A stretch of 64,000 bases of DNA from the human T2T-CHM13v2.0 reference genome, Homo sapiens, in NCBI RefSeq assembly GCF_009914755.1, contig NC_060926.1; one strand, 5' to 3'. The notes under the pieces were generated by a model. It saw only the letters and a program-made list of their open reading frames with translations. It searched no databases and was not told the origin of the DNA. A program made the translations under genes and the position numbers. Below, piece after piece: positions 12,540 to 26,488 of the stretch. Each line of letters opens with the position of its first letter. Positions within the stretch are counted from its first letter, which is position 1.

Positions 12540-12830
12540 TCTCATCAGAGGTATTTCCTCTATGATGAGAAATTTGTGTAAACATCAGGTTTAACATCCA
12601 TACGTTACTCCCTTGAGTGACAGTTCCACACATACAAAATCCCGCCCCTGGGGCTGGACACCTTAGTTATTTCTAATCTCTCACCATTATAAGTGCACTG
12701 CGATCAATGACTCTGGCTACATATATGTATTTCGGGTTCTTTCCCTCAGGCAGCTGCTTAGAGGTGGGATTGTGAGATCAGAGGGTAGGGGCACCCCATT
12801 TGAGTGCCTGATTTCACCTGGCTGGGCAGA
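12540..12830 (-). mobile_element. Ancient L1 (L1ME-like) fragment
   Basis: tggacaccttagttatttctaat...ttataag...gaggtgggattgtgagatcagagggta resembles the reverse L1 ORF2 end. Confidence 0.55.
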
Positions 12831-13918
12831 CCAGCCACAGCCCAGCCCCACCCCACCACCGCTAGGCGAGTGAGAAAGTGGCTTCAGAGGCTCCCCCTGG
12901 CCCAGTGTGGAGCCCCTGTTTTGATGCTGAGCACACAGCTGTTTTTCCTGGGGAGCAGGTGTGATGCCATCTGCCATGCCTCTGGCCTATTTGAAGACAA
13001 GTCTCAGAGAGGCAAAGCCACTTACCCAAGGTCACACAGCCGGCACCAGAACCCACAAAACATGGCATCTCACACAGGATTTGCAAAGCACCTGCCACTA
13101 ATTCTTTGGACTTTGCAGTGGACTTTCCTCTGGGGCTCAGGATCCACGTGCACTGATGTCCTTCCTGCAGCATCTTGGGAGGTTTCCACCAAGGCTGGGT
13201 TTTGGTCCACCCCCTCCTCTGGCCAGCCTCCTTCTGAACACACTGCCCACCTCTGCCCATCACCTCCTGCTGGGCTGCTGCAGTAGCCTCTGCCAGCTCC
13301 ACCTGTGCCCACTCTTGCTCTATTTCCCACTGAGCAATCAGAGTGACCGTCACAAAACCCAAATCCCACTGTGCCACTCCCCTCTCCACTCCGAAGACTC
13401 CCCTGTCTGGGTGTGAACAATAAACTCACCTGAAAATGTGCAGAGGAGGTTCCAATCTGGCAGCATTGGATTCAGCTCCCAACCTGTGCTAGGCACAGGG
13501 CTGGCATTACAGTGAACCAGACACAGACATTAGAAGGAAGACTGGATTCCTTAGCCTGACTTACCAGCACCTGCATCCTCTGTCCCCTGCCTCATCCCCT
13601 GTGGCCTGCTGGGCTCCAGCTCTTGGCCTCTCTTGGGCCACTCAGGCAGCCAAGCCCTCTCCACCTCACAGGCTTTGCGGTTCCTTCAGCTTAGAATGCT
13701 CTTTCCCTCTTTTCCTCTGGCTGCCTCCCTGCCTCCCCAGAGTTCTCTGCACACCCAGGCATCCTCCGCACTATTTTCATCAGCATCCCACAAACACCTG
13801 TCCCACAGCTTCCCCAGGAGGATTCTCAGCCAGGAGCATTGGAGGTTTTGGGAGAGAAGGAGTTGGGGGAATAAACTTACTGATAATTTTTCTGTGTGTG
13901 GTAAATATTTTCACATTT

Positions 13919-15485
<1,567 letters not shown>

Positions 15486-15806
15486 TTACTTAGTGAGCTA
15501 AGAGGCCTTTTTCCTCCTGTGTTTGGTCTTCTGTGAACTGGACCCACTAACCGCTGCCCCAAGTCCCTCTGTGGTCCCAGTGACACAGCTTGGAAAAGCT
15601 CTTGCCAGAAATCTGACTTGAAGCCATCTTGCTGTGGACAAGGCCTGGACCTCCACTGCAAGGTGGCCATGCCACTGACCCAATCCCTCAACTGGCTCTT
15701 TCACTGGCTACCAGCTTTTCAATAGCTGCCTTCCTCGCACCTCTGCCCCCTCCCAGTTCACATGCAAAGGAGTTAGGAAGCCAAACTCCTTTTTCTGTCC
15801 CTACAG

Positions 15807-15924
15807 GGCTTCTTGAGGCTTCAGTGCAAAGAGCTCTTCAGCTGGACCGTCCCCTTTTCCTCTCTGCTGAAATCCTCGCCCTCTGCTTTCCTCTCTTCAT
15901 TATTATCATCAGCAGAACAGAAAG
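15807..15924 (+). other. Candidate 118-nt internal exon (lncRNA or cryptic)
   Basis: Acceptor ctcctttttctgtccctacag| and consensus donor AAG|GTGAGT. No transcript evidence is available. Confidence 0.35.
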
Positions 15925-16306
15925 GTGAGTTAAGCCACATGTGCTGAAATGTGGTGTAAGGGGGGCATCGGTGCAGAGAGGGATGACGGCTCATATCTGC
16001 CTCCTGAAAACTGACTGGCTGCCAGGCTCCAGGGCGGGAGTCTTTCTTCATCAGCCTAATGACAGAAAAACATTTTTTAAGGAAAGGAGGGATCACAGTG
16101 GACAAGTCAGATCTGCTGCTGTGACCCTGACCAAGGCCAGGCCTCAGGGAAGGACAGTGAGTCTCCCGGGGCAAGCTCAGCACAGGGGAAAATGGCAGTG
16201 ATCTGGAGTCAGCCCCAAATCTCATGGTCAGGAAAGAGCTGTCACCACCCAGCAGGGGATGAAAGAGAAACCCATGCAGTGCCGGTGGCCCATGCATGAG
16301 GGAAAC

Positions 16307-16706
16307 GTGTGTCGAGGCGTGTGTGTGTATGAGTGTGTGTGTGAGAGTGTGTGACAGTGTGTGTGAATGTGTGAGTGTGAGTTGTGTGAGTGTCAGAGTG
16401 TGTGAGTGTATGAGTGTGTGAGGGTGTGTGAGTGTGTGTGAGGGTGTGAGGGTGTGCGAGTATGTGAATGTGTGTGAGAGTGAGAATATGTGTGTGTGAA
16501 TGTGTGTGAGTGAGAGTGAAAAGTGTTTGTATGTGTGAGAGTGAGAAGTGTGTGAGAATGAGAGTGTGTGAGTGAGCGTGAGTGTGTGTGACGGTGTGTG
16601 AATGTGTGTGAGTGTGTGAGAGTGTCTGAGTGTGTGTGAGTGTGTGCATGTTAGTGTGTGTGATTGTCAGTGTGTGAGTGTGTGTGCGTGTGAGACTGTG
16701 TGTGTG
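16307..16706 (+). repeat. Imperfect (TG)n/(GA) simple repeat, ~400 bp
   Basis: Continuous gtgtgagtgtgtga-type sequence. Confidence 0.95.
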
Positions 16707-18789
16707 CTAGTTTAACACTGTGCAGTCCCAACTGCATTGATCCTCAATGACACTCAGCTCAGCTGTTTGGCTCTGGAGGCCCCACTGCTAGCTGTGGCAC
16801 CAGCTCTTGATGCCTGTGACAGAGCAGACACACAATCAATATTTGTACACTGACAGCCTGGGCAGGTTTCTGTCTCCCGCATAGGGCAGGGGCAGCACGG
16901 CTAGTGGTGGTGTTCCCCTTTTACTGTTAGCAGCAGTGGCCCCCAAACCCAGGGCCAAGGGTGCATGGGTGTCTGTGCCCTGCTCCCCAGGACTGGTGGT
17001 GGGGAACTGCTCCTGCTAAGGGCAGGTGGGCAGCAAGCAGTGCTTAGGTGGAGTTCTGGGCACGGGTAGGCACCCCTGGGAGCTCTGATAGACATGGGGG
17101 AGAAGACCCATAAGAAGCCTGTGCCGCCTGTAAATCAAGCAGAGTCTTGGAATAGTTGGGGCCTTCATGGGACTGTGGCCTCGTTTGGCTGCCCCAGCTG
17201 ATCTGGGCATGCAGTTCCGTTCATTCAGCAAATATTTATTAAGCTGTAGCCAGATGCCCTAGAGAGCTATGGTGAGGCTTAGAGGAGGTGACATGGTGGC
17301 AGCCCCCAGCCAGGGCCAGGAACGTGCATGTTTGCGTGGAAAGGCATGCCGCCCACCAGAGCCATGAGCCCATAGGCCAGACGCTCAAGAGAGGGTTGGA
17401 GACAGGGTCTCACTGCACCACCAAAGGAGCTCTCCACAGCTCCCTTCTCTCCTCGGACCCATCGCGGCTACAGAATCGACAGACGTGAGCCTTGGCCAGG
17501 TGAGAGCGCTAACGGAAGAGGCCAGAGCCTGACCTCTCACAGGGTCAGAGTCCCCCCATGGCCTTCCTACTGTAGACTTCTGGTTCCATCTCTCTCCTTC
17601 AACTGCAGCCAGCTTCCCGGACAAAGGGCCCTTCTCGGGGAATGTCCACATTGCAAAAGACTTTCACTGTCTCCAGTCCTGCGTTGCCTTTGCCCCTGTT
17701 CCACCAGACACTGGAGTGCTTTCTCCCACATGTCTACTACAGAACAGCCTGTGTTTGAAGACCTCCAAAGACAAGGAGCTCACTACCCTCTAAGCACCAG
17801 GGGACACCAGGCGTTTCTTTCTCTTTGAGTGTAGTCATCCAGGTTGGTATTCTCATGAGAGTGGCTGTCTCAAAGGCCAAGCATGCAGCGAGAAGATTGG
17901 GGTGGATGGGAAGCTGGTGGTGCTGTGGGAGAGGCCACAGAAGACAAGGAGAGAGGCTCCAAGTCAAACCCCAGGGAAAGCCACTCATCTGACCAGCTGG
18001 GGGGGCCTTATGCCTAGGACACTCCGCCACAGACCGCCTGGTATCTGAGTCACCAGGGTGGGACTTCCTCGGGATGTGGTGTGGGAGTGGGATGGGCTGA
18101 CTCTTCTCAGCCCCCAGCACAGCACACGCCTGTGCACACACCCAGAACACACTTGGTCATGCACAGGCCATGCAGGAGGCCGAAGGACAAATGGCGGTAG
18201 GGTCTACTGTGCCGAGAAGGCCTGAGGCATCAACAGAGCCAGAGCTATCCTGCTCCAGCAGACTTCGCAGCATCCACGTGTGTTGACTGAGCAGTGGAGA
18301 GTGTTCTCAGCTTCTGACAGTCTCTAACGAGTAAGGGAGGTGAGCAAATTTAATTTCAACAAACAAGCGATTGACCTTAAGAGCATTAAGGTAAACAGGA
18401 CCCTGGATAAGGAAGTCTCCCATTCTCCTGCTGGAGGTGATGGGCAGAACCTACGACCGGGAGGAGCAACTGGGCACTTCTGGCTGCCTTTCTACTTGAC
18501 CTTCCCTTCACAAATCCGATGGGCAATTTTGTGAGGAGTCCAGATTTGTTCAGTGGCTGCTGGAACCTGGCTCTGTTAATGGTTTCAAGGACTTTGCTGA
18601 GGTCAGGGCTGCTGTATGGGGCTTGTGAGCTCCTTCTGGCCCCATAGGTACCAGGCAGACACAAAAGTCATGCCTGCCATTCGGGGATGGGAATTTAGAT
18701 TCCAAAGTCACCTTTAAATAATCCTTTGTGCCACACCCCTCACCTCGGCTCTGCCTCTGTCTTAGGCTGTCCGTAGGCAATGTGGTAGT

Positions 18790-18990
18790 GCAGGCTGCAC
18801 TCACGGAAGCGTGAACTTTGGGGTTTTGGGAACTGCGTTCGAATAGAGGCTCCCTTACTTATTAGTTGCTTGCTGGGCAAGATTTCTCATAATCCCTCAA
18901 AGCCCCATGTCTGTGACTGCAAATGGGAATCATAAAAATGCCCAGCCTGTGGGCTGTTAAAGGAAGCAAGTGGGATCACACATATGAGAG
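18790..18990 (+). mobile_element. MIR SINE
   Basis: gttcgaat...cttacttattagttg...gggcaagattt...ctgcaaatgggaatcataa. Confidence 0.6.
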
Positions 18991-19645
18991 CCCCCACCCA
19001 GCTTGGGTCTCCACTCATGCTCCAGCAGTGCTGGTGCCAGCCCCTGGCCCAGGGTGTCCTGCAGACACTCCTTCACTGGCATCCCTGGCATCCCTGGATC
19101 GTGGCAGGGGGTTAAGCCCCACGCTGTCAGGCCGGGCCACCTACCTGGCCACATGATTCTGTACCCGCACCCGAAGTGCCCTGTTTCAGCTCTCTAGACA
19201 GCCTGAACCCAGCATGGTCTTCACGCCCACCAAATGGCTTTCCCTGAGAAGAAGCTGGTGCTCCAGAAGCTGGAGGCTCCTGGGGCCATCAGAGCATGTC
19301 CACCCCACATGCTCTCTCTCCCTGCGTGGGGAGGCCATCATCATGGGGAGGTTAATATATATTGGGATACATGTCTCCCTCTCCTTGGGAGACACTGGCC
19401 CAAGCACTCTGATTCAACTCAGGTCAGCATTACTGAGAATACTTTTAATTGTGTACCCAGGGCTCAGAGGAGCCCAGAGGAGGAGAGAACACAGAGTCCA
19501 CCTCGAATTTGTAGTCTCCTGAGCCAGATCAGTTCAGCACACACAAAACAGAGGGCAAGATAATGTTCCATTACCAACTTCATGGGCACTGGTGGGTACA
19601 AGTCACAAGCCCACATTTTCTCAGTGTTGAAAGGTTGGAGTAGCT

Positions 19646-19839
19646 CAGAGGTTTTAACGTCTCATTCCCCAGGGCCCCTGGGCTTCAGTAGGGTGGGCCT
19701 CAGGGGAGACAGAAGAGTCAATCGGCAGGGATAAGATCCCTCACTGCATAATTTTTCAACCAGAATGGACCGACAGCTATGATTCCTTTATTGGGATATG
19801 ATGTTTAATTTTCTTGGGAAACAAGTGTGGGAACCACTG
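19646..19839. mobile_element. Possible hAT-Charlie MITE
   Basis: Degenerate termini cagaggttttaa...tgggaaccactg resemble the Charlie TIR CAGTGGTTCTCAA. Confidence 0.35.
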
Positions 19840-20449
19840 GATTAGTGGAGCTCTGAGTTCTCTGAGTCTAGAGTTCCTATCAGAGAAAGAGCATCAGATG
19901 TGCTTTGAACATAAGAAAATTTCACTATCCAGGAGTAAAAGTGAGAGCGGTGCATGTGGTGCAGGGGAGCCAGCCTGCCCCAGGACAGGCAGCATCCTTT
20001 CCACCATCTGTGTGACTGACCCCCTGTGCTCCACTGGGTAGGAGGCTCAAGGCTGCCTATGTCTCTGCATCTGGGGCGCAGCTCTTTATGCAACCTGGCC
20101 CCTCACTGCAAGCAGCCCCTTCACTGGCTGCTCCATGGAAGACACAGCAATGGGCTCTTCTGCTGCAGAGAACGCTAGAAGGAAGGTGCCTCTGGGGCCC
20201 CTTGCCCAAGTTTTCAGGCCCATTCTGGCTAAGAATAATCTTTATTTCTTCTACTTCACTGTATCAAAAGACAACAAAAGATAGTGCAGTGATAACGCTG
20301 TATCTTAGTTAATATGGCATGTGGAAGCGTGCATACTGTGAGCGCTTGATAAACACAGCATGCGCCCTCTCTTTGTCCCCACAGGGGCCAGGGTGGCATT
20401 GCTGAGAAAACAAGGGCACTGTTTACCAAATGAACACCTTGGCAGCCTT

Positions 20450-20620
20450 GGGCTCCTCAATGGCTCGTATCATTTCAGCCGTCTTCAAACAACCCCATGA
20501 GACAGGAAACTTTTAGATGAGGGAACTGAGGCTCAGGGAGGGTAAGTGACTCGCTGAGGTCATCAGAGCCTGCATCTGACCAGGGAGTGATCCAAACCCT
20601 TGCTCTTTCTGTGATGCCCC
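20450..20620 (-). mobile_element. MIR SINE
   Basis: aacaaccccatgag...ttttagatgagggaactgaggctcagggagggtaagtgact. Confidence 0.8.
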
Positions 20621-22544
20621 CCTGGCTCTCTCAACATGGCAGGGCTGCCCATCTGAGGATGGGATTAGGAGAAAGCTGGGCTGCGGAGAGGTGAGGGTTG
20701 GATCCCCCATTTGCATTCTGGAGTTGAAAGTTCTAGAAGGTTGGGGTGGGGTCAGGGTAGAGCCAAGCTCTGGAATCCAGGAAGTGGCAATGCAGCTTAG
20801 AAAATCCCGGGCAGTGGGCCACAGCTGGCAGCAGGGACTCGGCCCAGGAGAGGCAGGCCAGGGGCAGACGAGCCGGCCTGAGAGGTCTTGGCAGCCAAAG
20901 GTCAGGCAGGGCAGGGCACAGCACCACCTGAATGTTGGCCCACAGCGAGGGCAACTTTGATCAACTGGCACCTGCAATTCTGCAGTTGAATCATCAAATG
21001 CGGGAATTGACAAAACAATGAGATGCCCAACGGAGCTCAGCAAGTTAGGGGCAGAGCCCATCTCCTGACCTCTCCTGAGCTCTTCCTGCAGCCCCCATTG
21101 TTCCCAAGGCTTCTTGTGCCATGCTTTGAGTTCTCGTGTTTCTTGGTGAACCCTCCTGTCGCTCTCTCTCTTCTGGCATATGGCGTGACTCATTTCTCCA
21201 CCGTCAGCACGTGCAAAGCAGCCCTGCTCATTCTTTTCCTGGTGTCCATCCTGCAGCTCCCAGCCCCAGCATTTACAGAGAAGCTGTTCAATAAACACCA
21301 TGCATTGGGTCCATGTGTGTTCTTACGGTTGTCGCCTGCCCTGCTGATATCAGGTCCCTGGAGCCAGGTACAGATTCTCAAGTCAAAGGAGGGTGAGGAA
21401 GACAAGGTCCCAAAGGCAGATTCCAGGGATTCGAATCCCAGCATAGCTATCTACATGTGAGCCTGGAAGAGCTCCGAGACTCCAGGGAGCTGCGTTTTCC
21501 TTCTGCCGAGTGGCATGTGTGGCGCGAGTGAATGCGTGAATAAACAGAGAGCCTTCCAGGAGGTGCCATTCACTGTGGCCTCATAGTGGCTTTCGGGGAG
21601 CTGAGTCTTCACACAATCCAGCCACCTATGGTCGTGATGTGCTGGTGTCTCTGGCTCTCAGGGGGTCCTTAGGAAGCGCAAATTGCCAGCGTCCCTCCCC
21701 ATAGCCTCAGCAACGTGGTCAGCTCCATCTCCCTCTCCTGCTTCATTGCTGGCTTTGAGCTCTGGGACCCCAAATTTCTTGTGGCCCCAACACATGCCTG
21801 CTCACACCATTCCCTGGGCCTAGAGTGTCCTCCTCTCCCTCTGTACCTGCCTCTCCCTCATGCATCCTTCCAGCCAAGCCCAGTGATCCATCTCCAAGGA
21901 GGCCTCCTGACATCAGCATTGCCTACCTGACCCTTATCCTGCCAGAGTCAGAGAAATGGCAGAGTGTAGGTTGGTGTGGAGAATGTGTGTTGTGTATGTT
22001 CATACGTGTGTGCACGGTCATGTATGTGCGTGTGCTCTGTGTGTGTGTGTGTGTGTGAATGTACATGTGTACCCGGGTGCAGGGTTGGCCCAATTCTCCT
22101 CAGCCTGACTTCCTCCTGGCCAGATTATTTTGGCCTTCAGCTTGAGCCTCAGTGACTTCCCAGTTCTGTGGGCTTCCTTCCTCCTTCGGGCCCTGTCACC
22201 TGGCAGGACAGGTTTTCATCCTGGCCAGGTGGCTTTAGCAAGGCCAGGAATCCAGCCGGCCCAGCAGGGGCCCAGGATGATCCCCTGGCCAACTGCTCCC
22301 TTCTGGAGCCTCCACCCTCCCTTTCTCTTGCTCTCCTTCCCTGGGCCTGGCTTGAGCAAGGGGAGCCATCGCCTTCCATTCCCTAGGCTTGGCCTGGGCC
22401 TGTCCACCCCTGTTCCAGATCAATGACTGACTGTGGGTTGAGAAAGCTGTCTAGAGGGGCATGACCCCAGATACAGTGTCAAGTGGGGAGGGTCTCTTCT
22501 CCAAGACCACTCTTCCGGAGCTCAGGGAACAAGCCAGAGAAGAC

Positions 22545-22700
22545 GCTAATGTTTCTCTGCATGGGCCGTGTGCCAGGCATCGTGCTAAACACTTCACCGC
22601 AATTGTGACATCTGGTTCTCACCATGGGAAGGGGGCCCATCCGTAGTCCCATGCTGAGGACAGGAAAGCACCTGACGCCTGAGCCTGTGCTCAGGATCCC
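22545..22700 (-). mobile_element. MIR SINE
   Basis: tgtgccaggcatcgtgctaaacacttcac resembles the reverse MIR 3' end. Confidence 0.55.
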
Positions 22701-24439
22701 AAAGCCATGAGCTCATGTGAAAACAGGCCATTTGGAAATTGCACAGCAGTGCCGGGGAAGTGACAGTCAGAGGCCACACTGAGTCATCAGGAACTCCCGC
22801 ATTGCCCTCAGGAGCCAGATGATGGCTGATGGCACTTGTGAAGGTGTAACTCTCCTGGAGGTGCCCCCTGTGGAAGCCGCCAGGGAAGACGTTATGTGGG
22901 AGTAACAAGGTCACTTTTCCTCACCCCTACAGCTTCCGCTCCCAGATGTTCTGTCCTGCTCCTTAAGATTAGCTGAGTCACAAGTCAGTCCCCCTAATGT
23001 GATGAGCCCTTCCTAGGACTCGGGGACTGATGGGCTTTTAAACCCTGGGTGTGATGCTGTGACCAGAGACGAGAAGTCGAGTGTCCGGCTTCCAGCTGTG
23101 ATCTGGCAATGCTGAAGCTTGAGTAGGTAATCCCCTCAACCACCTGGACCCCTGTTTTCTCACAGGTAAAGGAGTGACCACAAGAGTTGCTGTTCCAACT
23201 GCAGGCAGGGATAGTTGTGAATGGCAGATAAGAGATGATGATATGCCACACGAAGGCCTTAAAAGGAAAAGCACAGTGAGAGACTTGGTATCATCGTCAA
23301 TTCTCAGCATTATACGCAGCACCCCTGCTCAGAGCCTAAGGAACACAGCAAAATGGACGAAGACGTAAGTAAAGTCCCTGGTGCATGGCAGGCTCACGGC
23401 TGGCCCTCAGTAAATATTGGTTCCATGCTCTTCTTACCTCTTCAGAACCTCCTCAAACTAGGGGTAAACAAATGCCTGCCTGACGGCTCCCAAAAGAGGA
23501 GCTGATATATCACATACTGTTCCCACGCTGGCCGGCACCTCAGGCTCCCAGAAGCATCTCTTCCTGGCAGCCGGGTTTGGACCACGTCGTGATCCACCTG
23601 GGCATGTGCTACCTGGGGCCATTTCCATGCGTCTTTCCAGCCCAGGCAGCCACGAGCATGAGCTCAGGTCACCATGCTGGCCACCAGGCCCACCCTCCCT
23701 CTGAGGTCTGTGGTGTGACAATGTCTGCAGATGTACAGTGTCATCCCTGGGGATGCCGTATGGGTCCTCAAACCCTTAGTCCCCAGAGCAAATAGGTACA
23801 CCCAGCAAGCCCTCTGTTTTTGCTCCACGTCTTTCCAAAGAGGTAATGTCTTTCTCTTTCTCTTTCTTTGCATCCTCAGTGCAAATACCAATGGTAACCA
23901 TTGAACCCAGGCTCTTGTTGTCTGTGTGTGTATGTGGGGATGGGGGCATTTTCTTATCAAGATCAAGAATTGTTTTTAAGGTGGACGCTCCCACACAGGT
24001 ACTGTGGACTGTTGGTTGTTTGGTTTGGCTGTGTGTGTGCTGTGTCCACCATGGATCTTCCTATTCTTAGAACCTAGTGAGTGTTTTCAGAAGTCCCAGA
24101 AGACTGGTTTTGGAATTGTTCCTGACTTTTGGGCTTCGTGGGTGGGAATCACCTTGAGGGAAGTGATCCTTTCCTCTGCTCAAGTCCCTGGCGCGCCACT
24201 GCTCTCTCCTCAATGTCATGTGCTCCCCTTAAACCTGTGGGCTGGACCGGGTACCTAGAGGAGGCAAGGGCAGGCTCTCTCTCCAGGGAGCATCTCAGGG
24301 TCTGCCTCCTGGGCATGTGCAGATGGACACACCTTCATCCGGAGGCAAACAGTGCCTGCCAACAGCAGGTGCCAAGGGCATTGGAGTTCTTGGTCTGTAA
24401 GCAGGGAGTGGGGGTGTGAGACCTGTGGAGAGCCTAAGG

Positions 24440-24930
24440 CACTTGGAGAATGGCAGGGGGGCCCTCCTACATGTATCAGGCAGGAAGCAGAGGATACCTT
24501 GGCTGGGATTTTTGAAGAAACTTGTAAGTGAAGGGACAATTTGCAGAGATGCCATTGGGTTAACGGAACTAATAGGATGTAAGGCACCCAGGGACTGGCC
24601 ACCGTGGGAGCTATTAGCAGCCTGCAGGCCAAAGGGACAGAGGAGGAAACAGAGTTACAGGAGTTGGCTTCAAAGTGTGAGATGTGGGAGGAGGCTGCCC
24701 TGCAGAAGCCGTGGCTCCCTGGGGCACAGCCAGTCCCAGAGCAAGACAAAAGTGGGAGGGCAGGAACTCTGACCTCTCTCCCCTCCGCCATCCAATATCC
24801 TGCCAGCACTCCCCATTGGCTGGAGCCAGCTGGGGCCAGCGGGCAATGAGCCCGGGGATATGCTCCATAGAGAGTATCTTCCTGGGGCCCAGAGCAGGGC
24901 AAGAAAGGCACACAGGGGTGCAAGGGACTC
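24440..24930 (-). mobile_element. ERVL LTR (LTR16/LTR33-like)
   Basis: cattggctggagccagctggggccagcgggcaatgagccc...tccatagag...cagagcaggg resembles the LTR16 family. Confidence 0.5.
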
Positions 24931-25529
24931 ATGGAACCATGGACTCAGAGTGCTCTCAGAGTTAGCCGGGGTGTAGCCCCGGCTGTGCTGCTCATCTCAC
25001 ATATAGTTTTCAGCAGCTGGCTTTGCCATGCTCAGTTTCAGCTTCCTCTCTGGGAGGGAAGATGTGGCCCCAGGTCACTGTGCCTCAGAGCATGCTGCAA
25101 GTATCGCTCATGTATGTAGGGAAGTCCTGGGAGCCACACAGCTTCTGCCTAATAGCCAGCGCTCCTGTCAGGATAAACCCACTGCCATCTCGGGTGGGAG
25201 GTACTTCTGGGCCCTATCACCCCATCATGTGGCCCACCCCAAGGCACACTCAAAATTGTACCTGGACAGCTGGGAAGGGAGGGCTCATCTGTGGGCCCGT
25301 CCCATAGGGCTAGGGGCTGTGGGGAGGTGACTGTAACCAGCACTCCTCAGCTGTTAGAGCTGGAGGGGCAATGCCATTGGTTCCATGTATGATGGGGATA
25401 GAAAGCTTCCTTACAACATACCTCTATTGAGATTGTTAAAAAGATAGACAGTTTAAAAAAACACATGGTTATGGGTATAGGATGGGGATGCGGCAAAAGC
25501 CATAATGGTGGTGGTAATTAGGTGATTCG

Positions 25530-26205
25530 TGACTGAAATTTAAGGAAGAAATAATACCAGTTATGCACCAACTTCCAGAAAGCTGAAGAAAAAGGGATAT
25601 TTTCCAGTTCATTTTATGAGGTCAGCACTCATAAAATTACTTTGATACCGAAACCAGAAAGAGACATCACAAAAAAGAATACAGACGTATCCCTCATGAA
25701 CATAAATGCAAACATTCTTAAAATTTTTAGCAAGTTGAATCCAAATATGTATGAAAGAGATAATATACCATGACTGAATGGGATTTACCACAGGAAAGTA
25801 AATCGGTTTAACATTTGAAAAGCCAGTCAATGAAATGCACCATATTAAGTGAGTAAGCAAGAAAAATCATATGATTATCCCAACAGATGCAGAAAATAGC
25901 ACGTGACAATAATCCAACATCCATTTATGATAAAGACTCTTAGCAAACTAGGAAGAGAAGGGGGCATCCTCAGTCGGATACAAAGGCTGGTATAGAAAAC
26001 CCACAGCTAACATCACACTCAGTGGTGAAAAGTTGAATGATTTCCCCCAAGATCAGAAATAAGAAAACAAACCGGCAAAAGATTTGAATAGACATTTCGC
26101 CAAAGAAGATACATAGACAGCAAGTCAGCACAGGAAAAGATGTTCGGTACATTAGTCATTAGGAAGATGCACATTTAAACCACAAGATACCACTACACAC
26201 CTCAG
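25530..26205 (+). mobile_element. Old L1M ORF2 fragments (reverse-transcriptase region plus a 3' piece after an internal deletion)
   Basis: tcattttatgagg...tgataccgaaaccaga...tatccctcatgaacataaatgcaa...gatgcagaaaa, then gcaaaagatttgaatagacattt. Confidence 0.88.
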
Positions 26206-26234
26206 AAAGCCCCTTTCTTCAGGTTTGTTGTTCC

Positions 26235-26488
26235 AGGCCGAGGCACGCGGATCACTAGGTCAGGAGTTCAAGACCAGCCTGGCCATTATAGTGAAATCCC
26301 GTCTCTACTAAAAATATAAAAAATTAGCCAGGTGTGGTGGCACGCGCCTGTAGTCCCCAGCTACTCGGGAGGCTGAGGCAGGAGAATTGCTTGAACCTGA
26401 GAGGTGGAGACTGCAGTGAGCCGGATCGCCCCACTACACTCCAGCCTGGGCAACAGAGTGAGACTGTGTCTCAAAAAAAAAAAAAAAA
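26235..26488 (+). mobile_element. Alu (AluSg-like), 5'-truncated
   Basis: aggccgaggc...ggatcactaggtcaggagttcaagacc...A-tail. Confidence 0.95.

Noticed and set aside
16242-16649. His/Thr-rich ORF
   Set aside because: Translation of the (CA)n strand of the TG tract.
20513-21301. 262-aa minus-strand ORF
   Set aside because: No recognisable motif and it ends inside a MIR. Its length is compatible with chance at this GC content.
21420-21450. tRNA-like B-box (ggattcgaatccc)
   Set aside because: No cloverleaf. It is consistent with a MIR tRNA-derived head remnant.
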